In this document: positions 1 to 12,202 of the stretch, in pieces
Numbering within the stretch: position 1 is the first letter of the stretch
Layout: every line of letters begins with the position of its first letter
Source of the DNA: Octopus vulgaris
Lineage: Eukaryota
DNA: 64,000 nucleotides
Direction of reading: 5' to 3'
NCBI GenBank assembly: GCA_951406725.2
Contig: OX597815.1
Coordinates: 89,466,001-89,530,000, forward strand
The notes under the pieces: model-generated
Told to the model about the DNA's origin: nothing
Databases searched by the model: none
Seen by the model: the letters and a program-made list of their open reading frames with translations, nothing else
Made by a program: the position numbers and the translations under genes

Positions 1-95
1 CATGGACCAATAATTACTTGAGTGTATCAGTTATAATAACTTTCGTACTCGAAACGTTACTGAAACATCTAATTAGCTTTGAGAATAACGAGAAT

Positions 96-127
<32 letters not shown>

Positions 128-419
128 ATATATATATATATACTTAATTATACTTAATTATATCAAAGGGAAATGGAAATTAATTTAAATTATAATTTCC
201 AGTGGCTTAACGTGTAAAAGTTTAGTCCAAAGACTATGTATTAGCCATAAAATACAGTGTATATTTAAACACATAAGGAATCCACTCGTGGGATTCAACA
301 CAATAGAAAGCTAAAAAGCTAGAAAGCTATAGAACAGCTAGGTTCTATAACCACAAGATATAGATATAAAATTCGATAGGAACGAAATGAAAAAATAAAA
401 ACATTTTGCCCTCTAGTTT

Positions 420-496
420 CCTGGACCAATTGGTTTCTGATTTTAGTTTAGCAAGCAAATAACCCTTACACGCTAGGTAAAATCGTCTTCAGCAGG
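420..496 (-). ncRNA. Type I hammerhead ribozyme (family A)
   Basis: Minus strand: CCTG-CTGAAGA-C-GATTTT..AAAATC-A-GAAAC-CAATTG-GTC-CAGG. Intact core, stem I CCTG/CAGG, stem II GATTTT/AAAATC, palindromic stem III, GUC site. Confidence 0.8.
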
Positions 497-771
497 TACA
501 CCCTAGATAAATATATAAACACGAGGGGATCAAACTATGTGCCTCTTCTTTATACATCCTATTATCACTGGAAATGATAGTTTTAATTATTTTCCATTTC
601 CCTTTGATATAATTAAGTATTGTAAGTTTTTGGATAATTTTCGGTTTTTAAATGTCGGCATTTTTTTATTGCCGGCGAAGGGTTGCGTCTGCGCAGTAGA
701 ATTTGAAAACTTTAGTATATATAAACAAGAGACACATAGTTTGATCGCCTCGTGTTTATATATTTATCTAA

Positions 772-846
772 GGTTGGAGACGATTTCACCTGGCGGGTAA
801 AGGTTATTTGCTTGCTAAACTAAAATCAGAAACCAATTGGTCCAGG
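772..846 (+). pseudogene. Decayed hammerhead (family A, second arm)
   Basis: Same 3' half (AAAATCAGAAACCAATTGGTCCAGG), but the core reads TTGGAGA and the 5' strand of stem I is lost. Confidence 0.6.
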
Positions 847-1564
847 AAACTAGATGTTAAAATGTTTTTATTTTTTCATTTCGTTCCTGTCGAAATTAAT
901 CCCTAATTTTGTGGTTATAGAACCTAGCTGTTCTTTCTAGCGTGTTGAATCCCACGAGTGGATTCCTTATATGTTTAAATGTACACTGCATTTTATGACT
1001 ATATATATATATATCTGTACAAATATGCCTGAATACATGTATACACGCTCACACATATACTATGGCCGATATAAATTTGGGATATTTGTTTGGTTCTTGG
1101 TTTTCCCCCTGTTACGCTTTACATGAACAATGAGAGAGTGAGAGTAGGAGATTCAAAGAAACAAGAGACCCAAGATGAGTGCATGTGCTGGGCTTGGTGT
1201 CAGCAGTAGTAGTAGGAGGAGGAGGAGAGAGATAGATAGAGAGAGAGAAATAGAGAGAAAGAGCGAGAGAGAGAGTAAATTAAAGAGTAGTTATCAGAAA
1301 CTGTTCAAATTAGAAGTTTTCCTTTACGAGAATTTACCTTAATTTTTTGAAATTAGTATTCATTTCAACATTTTGTACATGCTCCATGAAATTTGATAAA
1401 GTTAAATTATATCTGACAGTACATCTATTAGACTAGCTAGCTGCCTCTCTTCCTGTCTCATTCATTCATTTTATTTCTCTCACATACACGCATGCTGGTA
1501 TGAATGTACGACCCCCACACACAGACGCACAACCACACAGACACACACATATACATATATATAG

Positions 1565-1625
<61 letters not shown>

Positions 1626-1654
1626 ATAAGGGTGGAAAGGAACACACGAGTTGA

Positions 1655-1886
1655 TATATATGAAAAAACAAGTCAAAAATAGAAAATGCTAAGATGATTT
1701 TATAGTGAATCTTTCAGTACCGGTTTCGGTCATTTTGAGACCTTTTCAACTGTAACGATAAAATAATTAAATTTAGAAAAATTGGAAAAAAAGTTTTTTT
1801 AAAAGAATATTTCTGTAGTAGTGTTCAGATATAAGTAGCATTCTGCCTTTCTCTGACTCCCTTGTTTGCACTTGTGTGTTCGAGGT
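1655..1886 (-). mobile_element. Hammerhead repeat family B, left arm of inverted pair
   Basis: Near-identical reverse complement of 5476-5693. Third copy at 61005-61230. Abuts TA repeat. Confidence 0.75.
1715..1752 (-). ncRNA. Minimal type I hammerhead, U3-A8 core variant (family B)
   Basis: CAG-TTGAAAA-GGTC-tcaaaat-GACC-GAAAC-CG-GTA-CTG; palindromic ACCGGT stem III. Confidence 0.65.
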
Positions 1887-1964
1887 CGTACTCGAAACGT
1901 TACTGAAACATCTAATTAGCTTTGAGAATAACGAGAATATATATATATATAATATATATATACT

Positions 1965-2404
1965 ATAGAAGTGGAACCGCAAAGGATGGAACCAAACAGC
2001 GCACACGGGTGTGTATGTTCTACCTGAGAGGTTCCTGCTGGCACGGAAAGGAAGGTGCAGGCTGCCGCTTTGCACATCGGGGACCCTGCCACAGAGACAC
2101 GAGGCAGATGGACAAACCATCAACACAAAGAAAAGGGATGGACTACGCACCACCTGCCCCAAAGCGGAGGTACGCAGATGTTGTGCGCGCCACAAACAGC
2201 CAACATGATGTTGTCGAAAGAGCAGCTGCTGAGCAACAATCTTTTTTGTGCATGGCACAAAAGATTGTACAGCAGCTGACCTGGCTTCATCAAACCCAAG
2301 CCCGCAGGTGGGACTACCCACTATATACCAGACCACCACAGCAAACAGACACAGGATGGACACCGCCGGCAACAACGTACACCTCACCTCGATACTCCTA
2401 CTGA
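1965..2404 (+). pseudogene. LINE ORF1 C-terminal fragment with CCCH zinc finger
   Basis: CMFYLRGSCWHGKEGAGCRFAH (C-x7-C-x8-C-x3-H) at 2012-2077. Ends at TGA 2404, overlapping the ORF2 start. Confidence 0.7.
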
Positions 2405-5350
2405 ACATCAGAGGACTGCAAACACTCAGTAACAGGACAAAGATCCCGTTCCTGAGAGACTTTGTTGCATGCAATCAAGCCTTATGCATAGCACTTACAG
2501 AAACGCACCTGAAACCGGACATAGCAGATGCGGAGTTACACATACCACAGTATGCTGTACTACGGACCGACAGGAAAGAAAGGAGTCATGGAGGTGTTGC
2601 TATGTACATCCGTGAGGACCTCACACCCCAGGTCCTCTTGTCATACTCAAACTCGGTGTGTGACACACTAATTGTACATATTAGGCAACTTGATGTAGTT
2701 GTGTGTGCTACATATCGCCCTCCAGATGTCCCAAGCCATGTGGACAAGTTCGAAGACTGCCTTATAAAAATAGAAGAAATTCTAACCACATTAGAACAAC
2801 ACATAGGTGTGCTTTTTATGGGAGACTTCAATCTGCCCAATGTCAGATGGCCCGAGGGCCTTTCTCTCCCAGGAATGACAAGATGTGAACGAGGACAGGC
2901 GAGGTCCCTCCTGAACCTCATCAACACCCTCATGGAGCAGGTAATACTCCAACCAACCAGGGCAGGTAACACACTGGATCTCTGCTTCACAAATGACATG
3001 GATCTCATCCATAATGTGAAAGTGACACCGACACTACTCTCGGATCACAACATGATAGAGCTGACCATGTACGGGCCAAAAGAGAGCACGGACATGCAGC
3101 CTACAAGAAACCCTCAAAATCTTTCCAGCTTGAACTACCATAAGGCAAACTGGAAACAAATTGAGAAAGAGATCCTCAAACAAAACTGGCCTGAATGTCT
3201 CTCCTCGCCAGACATCGACGTGAAACTTCAACAATTCATGTCTGTAATGCAAGCCATATGCTAGAAATGTGTCCCAGAGAGAAAGGCCACTGTACACAAG
3301 AACAAAATCCCCAGAGAGAGGAAAATTTTAATGAGACGGCGTACGAAATTTTCAAATCGCCTAAACAAACAGATTGAAAGCAGTGAAAAGTCCCGCCTAA
3401 AAATAAAACTGTTGGAAATCGAAAAATGTCTGCAACTCTCCCATGAAAAAGAAAGAGCAGACAAAGAAGCCTGGGCTATAGAAAACATAAAATCTAACCC
3501 CAGAGCTTTCTACAGGTATGCCAAAGAAACAGCTACAGTGCACTGTAGAATAGGGCCACTCCTCGAAAAGGATGGCACACTTACAGGAAAACCAATGAGG
3601 GTAAGTGAAATACTGAATGAGCAATTCAAGAGTGTTTTCACTCCACCCCTTGGGCATCTCCAAATCACCAATCCAACTGACTTTTTTACCACTGCAGATA
3701 TAAAATCAGAGGCGGCGACGATAGATTACATCGATATAAAGGAAGACGATGTAACCAAGGCTATAGATGAAATGAAAACAGACTCAGCTACGGGCCCCGA
3801 TGGATTCCCGGCAATCCTCCTAAAAGCATGTAAGAGAGTCCTAGCAAGACCACTGCAGTTCCTCTTTCAGAGCTTCCTTGCAGCTGGCAAACTTCCAGGA
3901 AAACTGAAGGAAGGTAAAATATGCCCCATTCATAAAGGAGGTAGCAGAGCGGAAGCCAAGAACTATAGACCTATCTCTCTGACCTCACACATCAGCAAGG
4001 TCATGGAACGAATAGTCAGAAGGAAGCTGATCACCTTCCTTGAAGAGAATGACTTGCTGCCCGACACCCAACATGGTTTCCGACCAGGGAGAAGCTGTTT
4101 AACTCAGCTCCTACAACACTATGACTGGGTGCTGAAACGGCTGCTCAACCACTCAAATGTGGAAGTGATATATCTCGACTTTGCAAAGGCCTTTGATAAA
4201 GTCGATCATGGAATGATATGTCACAAACTGCGTGATCTCAACATAGTTGGAAAACTGGGAGAATGGCTTCATGACTTTCTGAAGGATAGAAGTCAGGTGG
4301 TAGTAGCCAATGGGGCCACCTCCATTAACACACAAATAGTGAGCGGTGTTCCGCAGGGCACTGTTCTGGGACCACTACTGTTCATAATGGCCCTCTCAGA
4401 CATGCACTCAGCCACGCAGAGAGCCACGATCACAAGTTATGCAGATGATCACAAAAGTCTCACAGGCAATACAGAACCCTGAGGACACTAAACACCTGCA
4501 ATGTGAGCTGGACGAAATATACAAGTGGGCTGAAAAGAATAGCATGCAGTTCAATGCTGGAAAGTTTCAAGCTTTATACTATCAGCATGCAAAACTGAAT
4601 GCAATACCCAATGAATACACTGGACCCGGAGGGATTGCAATCCCAGAGGCACAATCAGTGCGTGACCTGGGTATTCACATGAGTGATGACGCGACCTTTC
4701 ATGTACATGTTGCTAAACTGACAATGAAATGTAGACGGCTGGCTGGCTGGATTCTTAGAACCTTTAGAACAAGAGAACAAGAAACCATGATGGTCCTCTG
4801 GAAGACACTTGTCCTAAGCCACTTTGACTATTGCTCTCAGCTATGGTCACCATCCAGTGTCAAGTTGATCACAGAACTTGAGGCGATCCAACGAAGCTAC
4901 ACAAAGAAGATAGCCTCTATGCAGAATGTAAGCTACTGGGAAAGACTCAAGAGATTAAAATTATATTCCCGGGAGCGTAGGCGGGAAAGATATGCCATAA
5001 TATACATCTGGAAGATCCTGGAGGGAAGTGTCCTGAACTTTGGCATCGAGAGTTATGCAAATGCCAGAACTGGGCGCCACTGCGTGGTGCCTAGGACTCC
5101 AAACCTGCCATCAAGATGTAGGACAAGATACTGTGATAGCCTGGGCTTCCGAGGCCCACAGCTCTTCAATATCCTCCCGAAGAACCTGAGAGACCTGCAT
5201 GGGGTGGATACAGATGTCTTTAAAATGAAGCTGGATCTCTTCCTGTCAGGTGTCCCAGATGAACCAACTTCACGGCAGGAGGGGCAGATGAGGGCAGCTG
5301 CATCGAACTCTCTCATGCACCAAATAGCAGCTGCTAGAAAGCCTCCATGA
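2356..5350 (+). pseudogene. LINE ORF2 (AP endonuclease + reverse transcriptase) with one stop and one frameshift
   Basis: APE motifs NIRGL, LTETHL, GGV, YRPP, MGDFN, LDLCF, SDHN. RT motifs GPDG, NYRPISL, QHGFR, YLDFAKAFDKV, GVPQGTVLGP, YADD. In-frame TAG at 3262-3264 and +1 shift near 4449. Confidence 0.92.
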
Positions 5351-5475
5351 AGTGAAACCAAGTAGCAACACAAAATGGCGGTGCCCCAGCATGGCCACAG
5401 CTCATAAGCTGAAACTAGAATCAATCAATCAATCAATCATATACTTAATTATACTTAATTATATCAAAGGGAAAT

Positions 5476-5693
5476 GTGCAAACAAGGGAGTCAGAGAAAG
5501 GCAGAATGCTACTTATATCTGAACACTACTACAGAAATATTCTTTTAAAAAAACTGTTCTTCCAATTTTTCTAAATTTAATTATTTTATCGTTACAGTTG
5601 AAAAGGTCTCAAAATGACCGAAACCGGTACTGAAAGATTCACTATAAAATCATCTTAGCATTTTCTACTTTTGACTTGTTTTTTCATATATAT
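5476..5693 (+). mobile_element. Hammerhead repeat family B, right arm (HHR at 5595-5632)
   Basis: CAGTTGAAAAGGTCTCAAAATGACCGAAACCGGTACTG; 3' end runs into (TA)n. Confidence 0.75.
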
Positions 5694-5959
5694 ATATATA
5701 TATTACACATACATGCATCCTACACACACTCACTCACACACCTGTATGTACGCGCACACACATGCACATACACACACTTCCACACACCCACACGTACATA
5801 CATACACACTCATACACATACACACACACACACACACGGACATACATCTATGCACACACATATATACACACATACTCACATACATTTCATCGGACACACT
5901 GACACCCAGACATACACACAGACACACTCACACATCCACACACATACACACTTACGCGC

Positions 5960-6816
5960 ATACTCGCAGGCGCGCGCACACACGCGCTTGCGCCGGTTCG
6001 CGCACGCATACGCGCCGCATGCACCTCGCTCTTGGACCCGACGAGAACTCCCGCTCGTTCCTGGGACCGTCGCTTGGCGTTGGGTTTTCCCACGCCCGTC
6101 TCCGCGGGACCACTCTTCCATCTTCCCCTCAGCTGGAGTCCTTTTTCCTTAACCCCCCTTTTTTGTTACACACACGCGCACACATATACACACATTGCTT
6201 AAATATATACATTACTCTTACACACATTCAATCTACTCGCCATTAATACTACCACGACACTGGACACACACACACACTACTACTCAACACACGCTGGCAC
6301 GCTACATACGCCCCCACCCCTTCCCCTCCCTCCCTTCCTCCTTCCTTCTTTTTCTTACTACTGACCAGTGTCTGCTATGCCTACCACTGTCTCGCCCTAC
6401 CTCACACGCCTACACACAGACGCACACACTAACACATACATATATTTTTTGTTTTTTTATCTCGCCTCACACACACACATACACACACGCACACACTCAC
6501 ACATACACACACATCTGTTGCGTTACCAACCTTGTCTCCACTCTTTTGCCTTTAAAAACCTACTTTGCTCTTGTTATCGTAAACTTCCGCCTTTCACCAT
6601 GTGTAACTCGTAAACACCAGTCGTTTTTTTTTTTTTTTCTCTATCCCTGTTGCCCGCTTTGGGATCTTTCTTTCCTCTCTCTTCCTTCTTTATGTTTCCG
6701 ACGAAGAGCTCCGCTCGAAACGTCATACCCTCCTGCTTCCATTTCCTGAGCGCCTATTAATAATAATACTGTAATTGTTCCATTGTTGTTGTTTTTTTGT
6801 TTTCCCGTTTGGATTA

Positions 6817-6820
<4 letters not shown>
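5960..6820 (+). mobile_element. Penelope-like terminal repeat element, family C (5' boundary approximate)
   Basis: The 3' part (HHR, CCTGAGCG..TAATACT, T-rich end into (TA)n) matches 21255-21430 and 20741-20828. Confidence 0.5.
6694..6728 (+). ncRNA. Minimal hammerhead-like motif, CCGACGA core (family C)
   Basis: GTTT-CCGACGA-A-GAGC-tcc-GCTC-GAAACGTC-ATAC; stem I imperfect in this copy. Confidence 0.5.
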
Positions 6821-6886
<66 letters not shown>

Positions 6887-7639
6887 TATATCTATATATA
6901 TTTACCTATATATATGTGTGTGCGTGTATTTATATATATATAAATGAAAATGCATTAAATGCTACAAACCTAACACGTAGGACAGGCACAGAATGAACCT
7001 AATTCTTCATCAATTATCGACTAAAGTTACTAATACTCAGTTTCGTGCCTTTAACGATATGACTGAGAACTTCGTATATTGGCGGCACCCGCAAGGTTTG
7101 TGTGGGATTAGGACTCGAGCAAACAAGACTATACAAGTTGGGCGTACAAAAGTAAACATATGTAATTTGAAACGATAGACGAAGGCACAATTAATAAAGC
7201 ATTTCGGCCAAACACAAGAATAATGGGTAACGCCTAGAAGACTCTATCTTACTTCTTTCTCTCTCGTTCTTATATTCCTTTTCTAGCATCGCTATCTCCT
7301 CTCTCCCTCTCCCACTCTCGTCCTCTCACATTTAATCGTAGGCTTTTCCCTTCCTTCTTTCTGTCTCTGCCGCGGTGTCACTCTCCCCCTCTCTCTCTCT
7401 GTCTCTGCCACACTCTCTCATCTGCCTTCCATTCTATCTACAGTCCGAACGTTGACAGATAACATAATCCAACATGCATAAAATATCAGAGACATGGAAT
7501 ATGATGTACCATGTACTGATGATGCCCCACTACGACACATTCTGAAGGCAAACGCCAACGTGTTGTGGGTAGCTTGTTAATATTCTATCAAGGCTTCAGC
7601 TTGGACCAATGAGTCGATCATTTCCTTTATATTTCTTTC

Positions 7640-7836
7640 ACATCTTGGCACAAGGTCAGACGCTTCGGGGAAAGAGTAAGTCGATTACAGTACTCCCCTG
7701 CTACTTATTTTATCGATACTTAAACGATGTATGCCAAAGTCGACTTCGGTGGAATTTGAACTCTGAACGTAGAGACAGACGAAATGATGCTAAGCAGTTT
7801 GCTTCGAGTACTAAAAATTCTGCCAGCTCGCCGCCT
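7640..7836 (-). mobile_element. tRNA-derived SINE (family S1), degraded
   Basis: Minus head GGCGGCGAGCTGGCAGAA..GAGTTCAAATTCC; matches 60079-60280. Confidence 0.7.
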
Positions 7837-9069
7837 TACGTCATTCCCTTTATATTGCCATCAGCAATTGCGAACTGAAAGCAAACCACGAGTCCAAATA
7901 AATTGGCTCCATTACCATACCCGATATGTCTTAAGTCTAAGATCAAGAAGCAGATCAGAAGAGCATCAGCAACTCTTGGGAGGGTCAAAGAGTTGGGGAG
8001 AATAGTAAAATAATGAACCAACATCATAGCTGAAGTATATAGAATCTGGGATTTCAGCGCACTGCATTCATGGCACGAAGACTTGAAGCCCCAACTCAGG
8101 ACATGAGCTGCTTCTCAACGTTTTTCACTTCCGCACGATCTGCTTCGAAATGCTTTTCCTTTCCAAATATCAAGTGGACCGAGCAAACAATTATGTTCTG
8201 GCCCGCATCAATTAAAAAGCATTTCATCCTACTCCAAAAATACATTCCTGGTGAACAGGTAACGTACATCACGTTTTCAATTGGCGCGAACGAAATGCTG
8301 CATAGAAAGATGCCCTTCAGTCCGAGAAATGTTCGTATTATTTCAACGTCATTTGCAAACGAGAAAACATCCTGCTTATGAAACCTGAAAGCTGAGGCAA
8401 GATTGCAATCGTGTGCTATATGGAGGTTGGAATTTAGCAGGAATTTCAAAAGACGAGTAGAAAAGCTAAGGGTTGTTGCCGAAGAAAAGTGCATTCGACA
8501 CTAGAAAGTCACTCGAACAGTTAGTGCATTCAAATGCACTCGTATCCACCGTAGCCCTCTCTCTCCTCTGTAGGTCTCAGCAGGCGTAGTAGGTGATGCT
8601 CTATCAATTAGACAGAACTGAAATTTTCTATCCGTAGATCAATTGTATTGTGAGACATGCTGGAATGTACAAATTCTACTACACCTTAGATTCCAATACC
8701 ACAACTCGCTTTCTGAAACTTCAGATTAGTATCTAAATGCCGAATTTGAAACATATTATCATGCGGTAGACTCAAACATGTACCTCAAACTCCTGGAAAT
8801 AGCAGTCAAATTTCATTGCCTTAAACCACTCCATTCTTTCCTAGGTAAATAAAGCCACGCTGAATAATGTTACTCTAATTATAATAAAGATATAGACAAA
8901 TATATAAGATAGTAACTGGGAGACATTAATCCCATGCCTGCTCAAGAAAAGTGATGTTGGGCTAAATAAAACCAACCTTATTACATTTTCATTTCGTTCA
9001 CCATCGAACACACTTCTGGCGAATGAGATATGATATTAAATTGTAATTCGTCTAACTTTTATCTACAAT

Positions 9070-9220
9070 ATTCTCTATTAGTAAAGGGTTGTCGTCCAGG
9101 GTGACCATATATATATTTGACAGTACAAAATGTTTAATCAGGCTAAGAGTAATAGGATTAGAGACATATGACGTGGATTTCGTCTTGATGAAGTTCAATA
9201 TCTTGAATGATATCCAAACC
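9070..9220 (+). pseudogene. Possible highly decayed L1/Tx1 RT fragment
   Basis: AAGGGTTGTCGTCCAGGGTGACC resembles a frameshifted GCRQGDP motif; little other support. Confidence 0.25.
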
Positions 9221-10306
9221 TGACAGTTTATGAATATGTACAGCGCACTCCAAACTTATTTTTACTTCTATCAGTTGATATTGGATCCAATTATATACTC
9301 ATGATTGTCACCATGTCGTATGCGAGGAAATGATAATTAGAGGGTATCGACTTTTCTTTAATATATAAACACTTAAACTGCTGATTGACACAATCATATC
9401 ACAATACTAAATTGATCCCAGGTGCTTTTGATATCGTTAAATAATTTCAGCGGAAAACTTTGAAATAATTCTCGTATAGTTAATGAGATTGCATAATAGG
9501 AAATGTCATGTCACGTTTATCTGAAAACCCTAATAATTTACTAATTGTATGAAAGTTATAATTAATTTATCCTTAATTAGGGTTGCAATATATCGAGTTA
9601 TATATATAAGCGGTATCGAGTTACATATCCGACGTTATTGCGTGTAGAAAATGACATGCAGAATGAATAAGTTAAAAGCGTTAATTGCATCTGACGCTAT
9701 GTTCAATATTTGAATTCCACTTTGATAACAGAGAAATAATACAATTATATATTAACCAACGCTAATTCATTGCTTCGATCGAGATGAAATATTATTATCT
9801 ATCTAGTAGAATGAAAACATATAATTGCTATTAGGGATCTACTTTACAAGTTACTAGTTTTAGAAGTATAGGAAATTCATTTGCAATGTTGTATCATAAT
9901 GATACAACAGATCTTGAGAATCTGTTGTGTCGTTATGATTAAATACTTAGCACTACAAACATTCAGAACGTACAACATTGGTAAATTTCGGCATAATATC
10001 GAAACACATGAAAGAAATTATATATATATATATTAAACGGCGGCGTTTCAGCATGGCTGCAGCTTTGAGGTGTGGCCGATAAGAGAAAAAAATCATACAA
10101 GTGAACTCAAGCTTTTAACAAGCTGTTACTCCTGTGGTTACGTAATTGAAGATTGATTTGAGCAGTTTTCTTGTGTTACAGAGTAAACATGGCCACTCCA
10201 CCGGCACTGTACATTCAGAAAGTGCAGAGATCAGTGACTTAATTTCTATGGTCTGAAGGAGTGTTAAGGGTTTGTGTGTATGTATGCATGTACATATGAA
10301 TGTCTA

Positions 10307-11098
10307 CGAGGTAGTTACAAAACGTTTCCGAGCCGGTTGTGTTTAATAAAAAATAACTTATTTACCTATAAGTTTAAACATTATTTGCCTCGAAACAGTC
10401 ACCTGAAAGTGGTTTTCCGTAAGCAAGTCGAGGACCTTCAGTCTGGATCTCAACAACTGTGTTAAAACGGTATCCTTTGAGCTACCTTTCCATCTTCGGG
10501 AAGAGAGGGAAGTCCGCACATCTGGAGAATAGGATGGATGCGATACCATGTCGTTTTTGGTGAGAGACTCACGAGTGAGGAGGACTCGGTGACAGGGAGC
10601 AGTGTGATCATGAGGAATCGAATACTTCGCGCTCCACAGATACAGGCGCTTTCGTCCGCCCTCAAACGCTTCAAAAGTTTGCAGTATAACTCTCGACTGA
10701 TAGTTTGACCCTACGTTCGTGGCAGGTCTACCAGATCGCTCATCGTCTTCCAGGGCAATTCTTCCACTTTTGGAGCACCTGTGTCACTCGATACATTGCG
10801 TACGACCCATTGCCTTGTGGCTGTAAGCTTACTAAGGCATGCTCAATGACTCTGTAGCAGAGGTCGCAAGTTTAACACAAAGTTCCACGTTAGCTCTTTG
10901 TTCCTGTCCATGACAAAATTGCTAACTACAACATACACGTGATCACAAAAACACAAATTTCACAACTTTGTCAGCGATGTCACTCAGCACACATGCCTCA
11001 CGACGGTCACTGCTAACTCTCACTGCGCACTCAACCGTGTACTTCCATCTTTTGGCGCACTACGAATCTAGCCCAGGAACGTTCTGATACCACTTCGA
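10307..11098 (-). mobile_element. Internally deleted mariner-type transposon
   Basis: Imperfect ~28-bp TIRs. Minus-strand peptides KSGRIALEDDERSGRPA and HPSYSPDV (YSPDL motif). Confidence 0.7.
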
Positions 11099-11224
11099 AT
11101 ATGTAAACATATATATGTGTGTGTGTCAAACATAACAATGTTCATCTGCATTACCTCTCTCTCTCTTCCCCCCTCTCTCGTCTATCTATACCTATATCTA
11201 TATATCTATATATTTGACATTTTT

Positions 11225-11879
11225 GGACTAATGGGCATATGTTCATTTGTGTTTTGAAGTTTTGAGTAGAGTACTGCCACAGATTGGGCTACCTGGTGTC
11301 ATCCGAAGTCGGGGTATATTTCTGTTGGATATACTCCAGTAATTCCGCAGTGTAAGTTGAAATAATGATAAACTGATTGGAAGTGTTATCATGTACATTG
11401 TTTTGTCTTGGTATAAAAGATGGGCTACAGCAAATATTCTGCTCAATACCACAGATTTGCTTGTCAGTTGTTTGACTTTAACCAGTTGAGCATGTCCCTT
11501 AGTGGCTGACGATATGTGCATCTCTGATCACGAGCAGAAGTAGTGGGGGAGCATCATAGCCATCTGTTGAGAGGGATTCTTTTGGGTTTGAATAATTCAC
11601 CTCTGGAAACATGGGTGGTTCTTTCAACATCCTTAAACAACCCTTATTCAGGGACCTTTTGAGCGGGATGGGCTACTCAACCTGAAGAAAATTCTAACTG
11701 GGCCCCACCTGCAAGGTCATGTGCTGTTTATCTTGATATGAGATCACCATGTCGCGCACATATGGTTGTGATGCATGTGCCTGGTGTACCTTTATCAGAC
11801 GGGTAGTCATGATGGGTATATTGGGCTTCGTATATTTTACCCCAGTGTCACTTTGATGGCATGCGCTGCTCTCTCACTC
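11225..11879. mobile_element. GC-richer interspersed repeat abutting (AAT)n, probably a LINE UTR-derived element
   Basis: Distinct composition and a sharp junction into the (AAT)n tract. Family and orientation not established. Confidence 0.4.
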
Positions 11880-11944
<65 letters not shown>

Positions 11945-11957
11945 TAATGATAATAAC

Positions 11958-12052
<95 letters not shown>

Positions 12053-12139
12053 TAACAATAATAACAACAACAATAATAATAATAATAATAACAATAATAA
12101 CAAAAACAACAGCAACAACAACAATAATAATAATAATAA

Positions 12140-12201
<62 letters not shown>

Positions 12202-12202
12202 T
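11880..12202. repeat. Compound (AAT)n/(AAC)n/(GAT)n microsatellite
   Basis: Read directly. Confidence 0.97.

Larger units (their letters stand above)
139..1000. mobile_element. Hammerhead-bearing non-coding repeat family A: two diverged, inverted, circularly permuted arms between (TA)n tracts
   Basis: ~245-548 is the reverse complement of ~727-1000. ~141-205 is the reverse complement of ~565-620. Both outer ends run into (TA)n. Homologous copy at 30860-31255. Confidence 0.75.
1965..5438 (+). mobile_element. CR1-type non-LTR retrotransposon, 5'-truncated, young
   Basis: ORF1 tail plus APE-RT ORF2, 3' UTR stem-loop, (AATC)5 tail, TSD ATATACT at 1958-1964 and 5439-5445. Confidence 0.92.

Noticed and set aside
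27-63. TCAGT..CGAAACGTT-ACTGA hammerhead-like string
   Set aside because: Stem I and GAAACGT are present, but core and stem II are unrecognisable; at most a dead relic.
8096-8494. 132-aa minus-strand ORF
   Set aside because: No recognisable motif. Possibly a transposon relic, but I cannot support a call.
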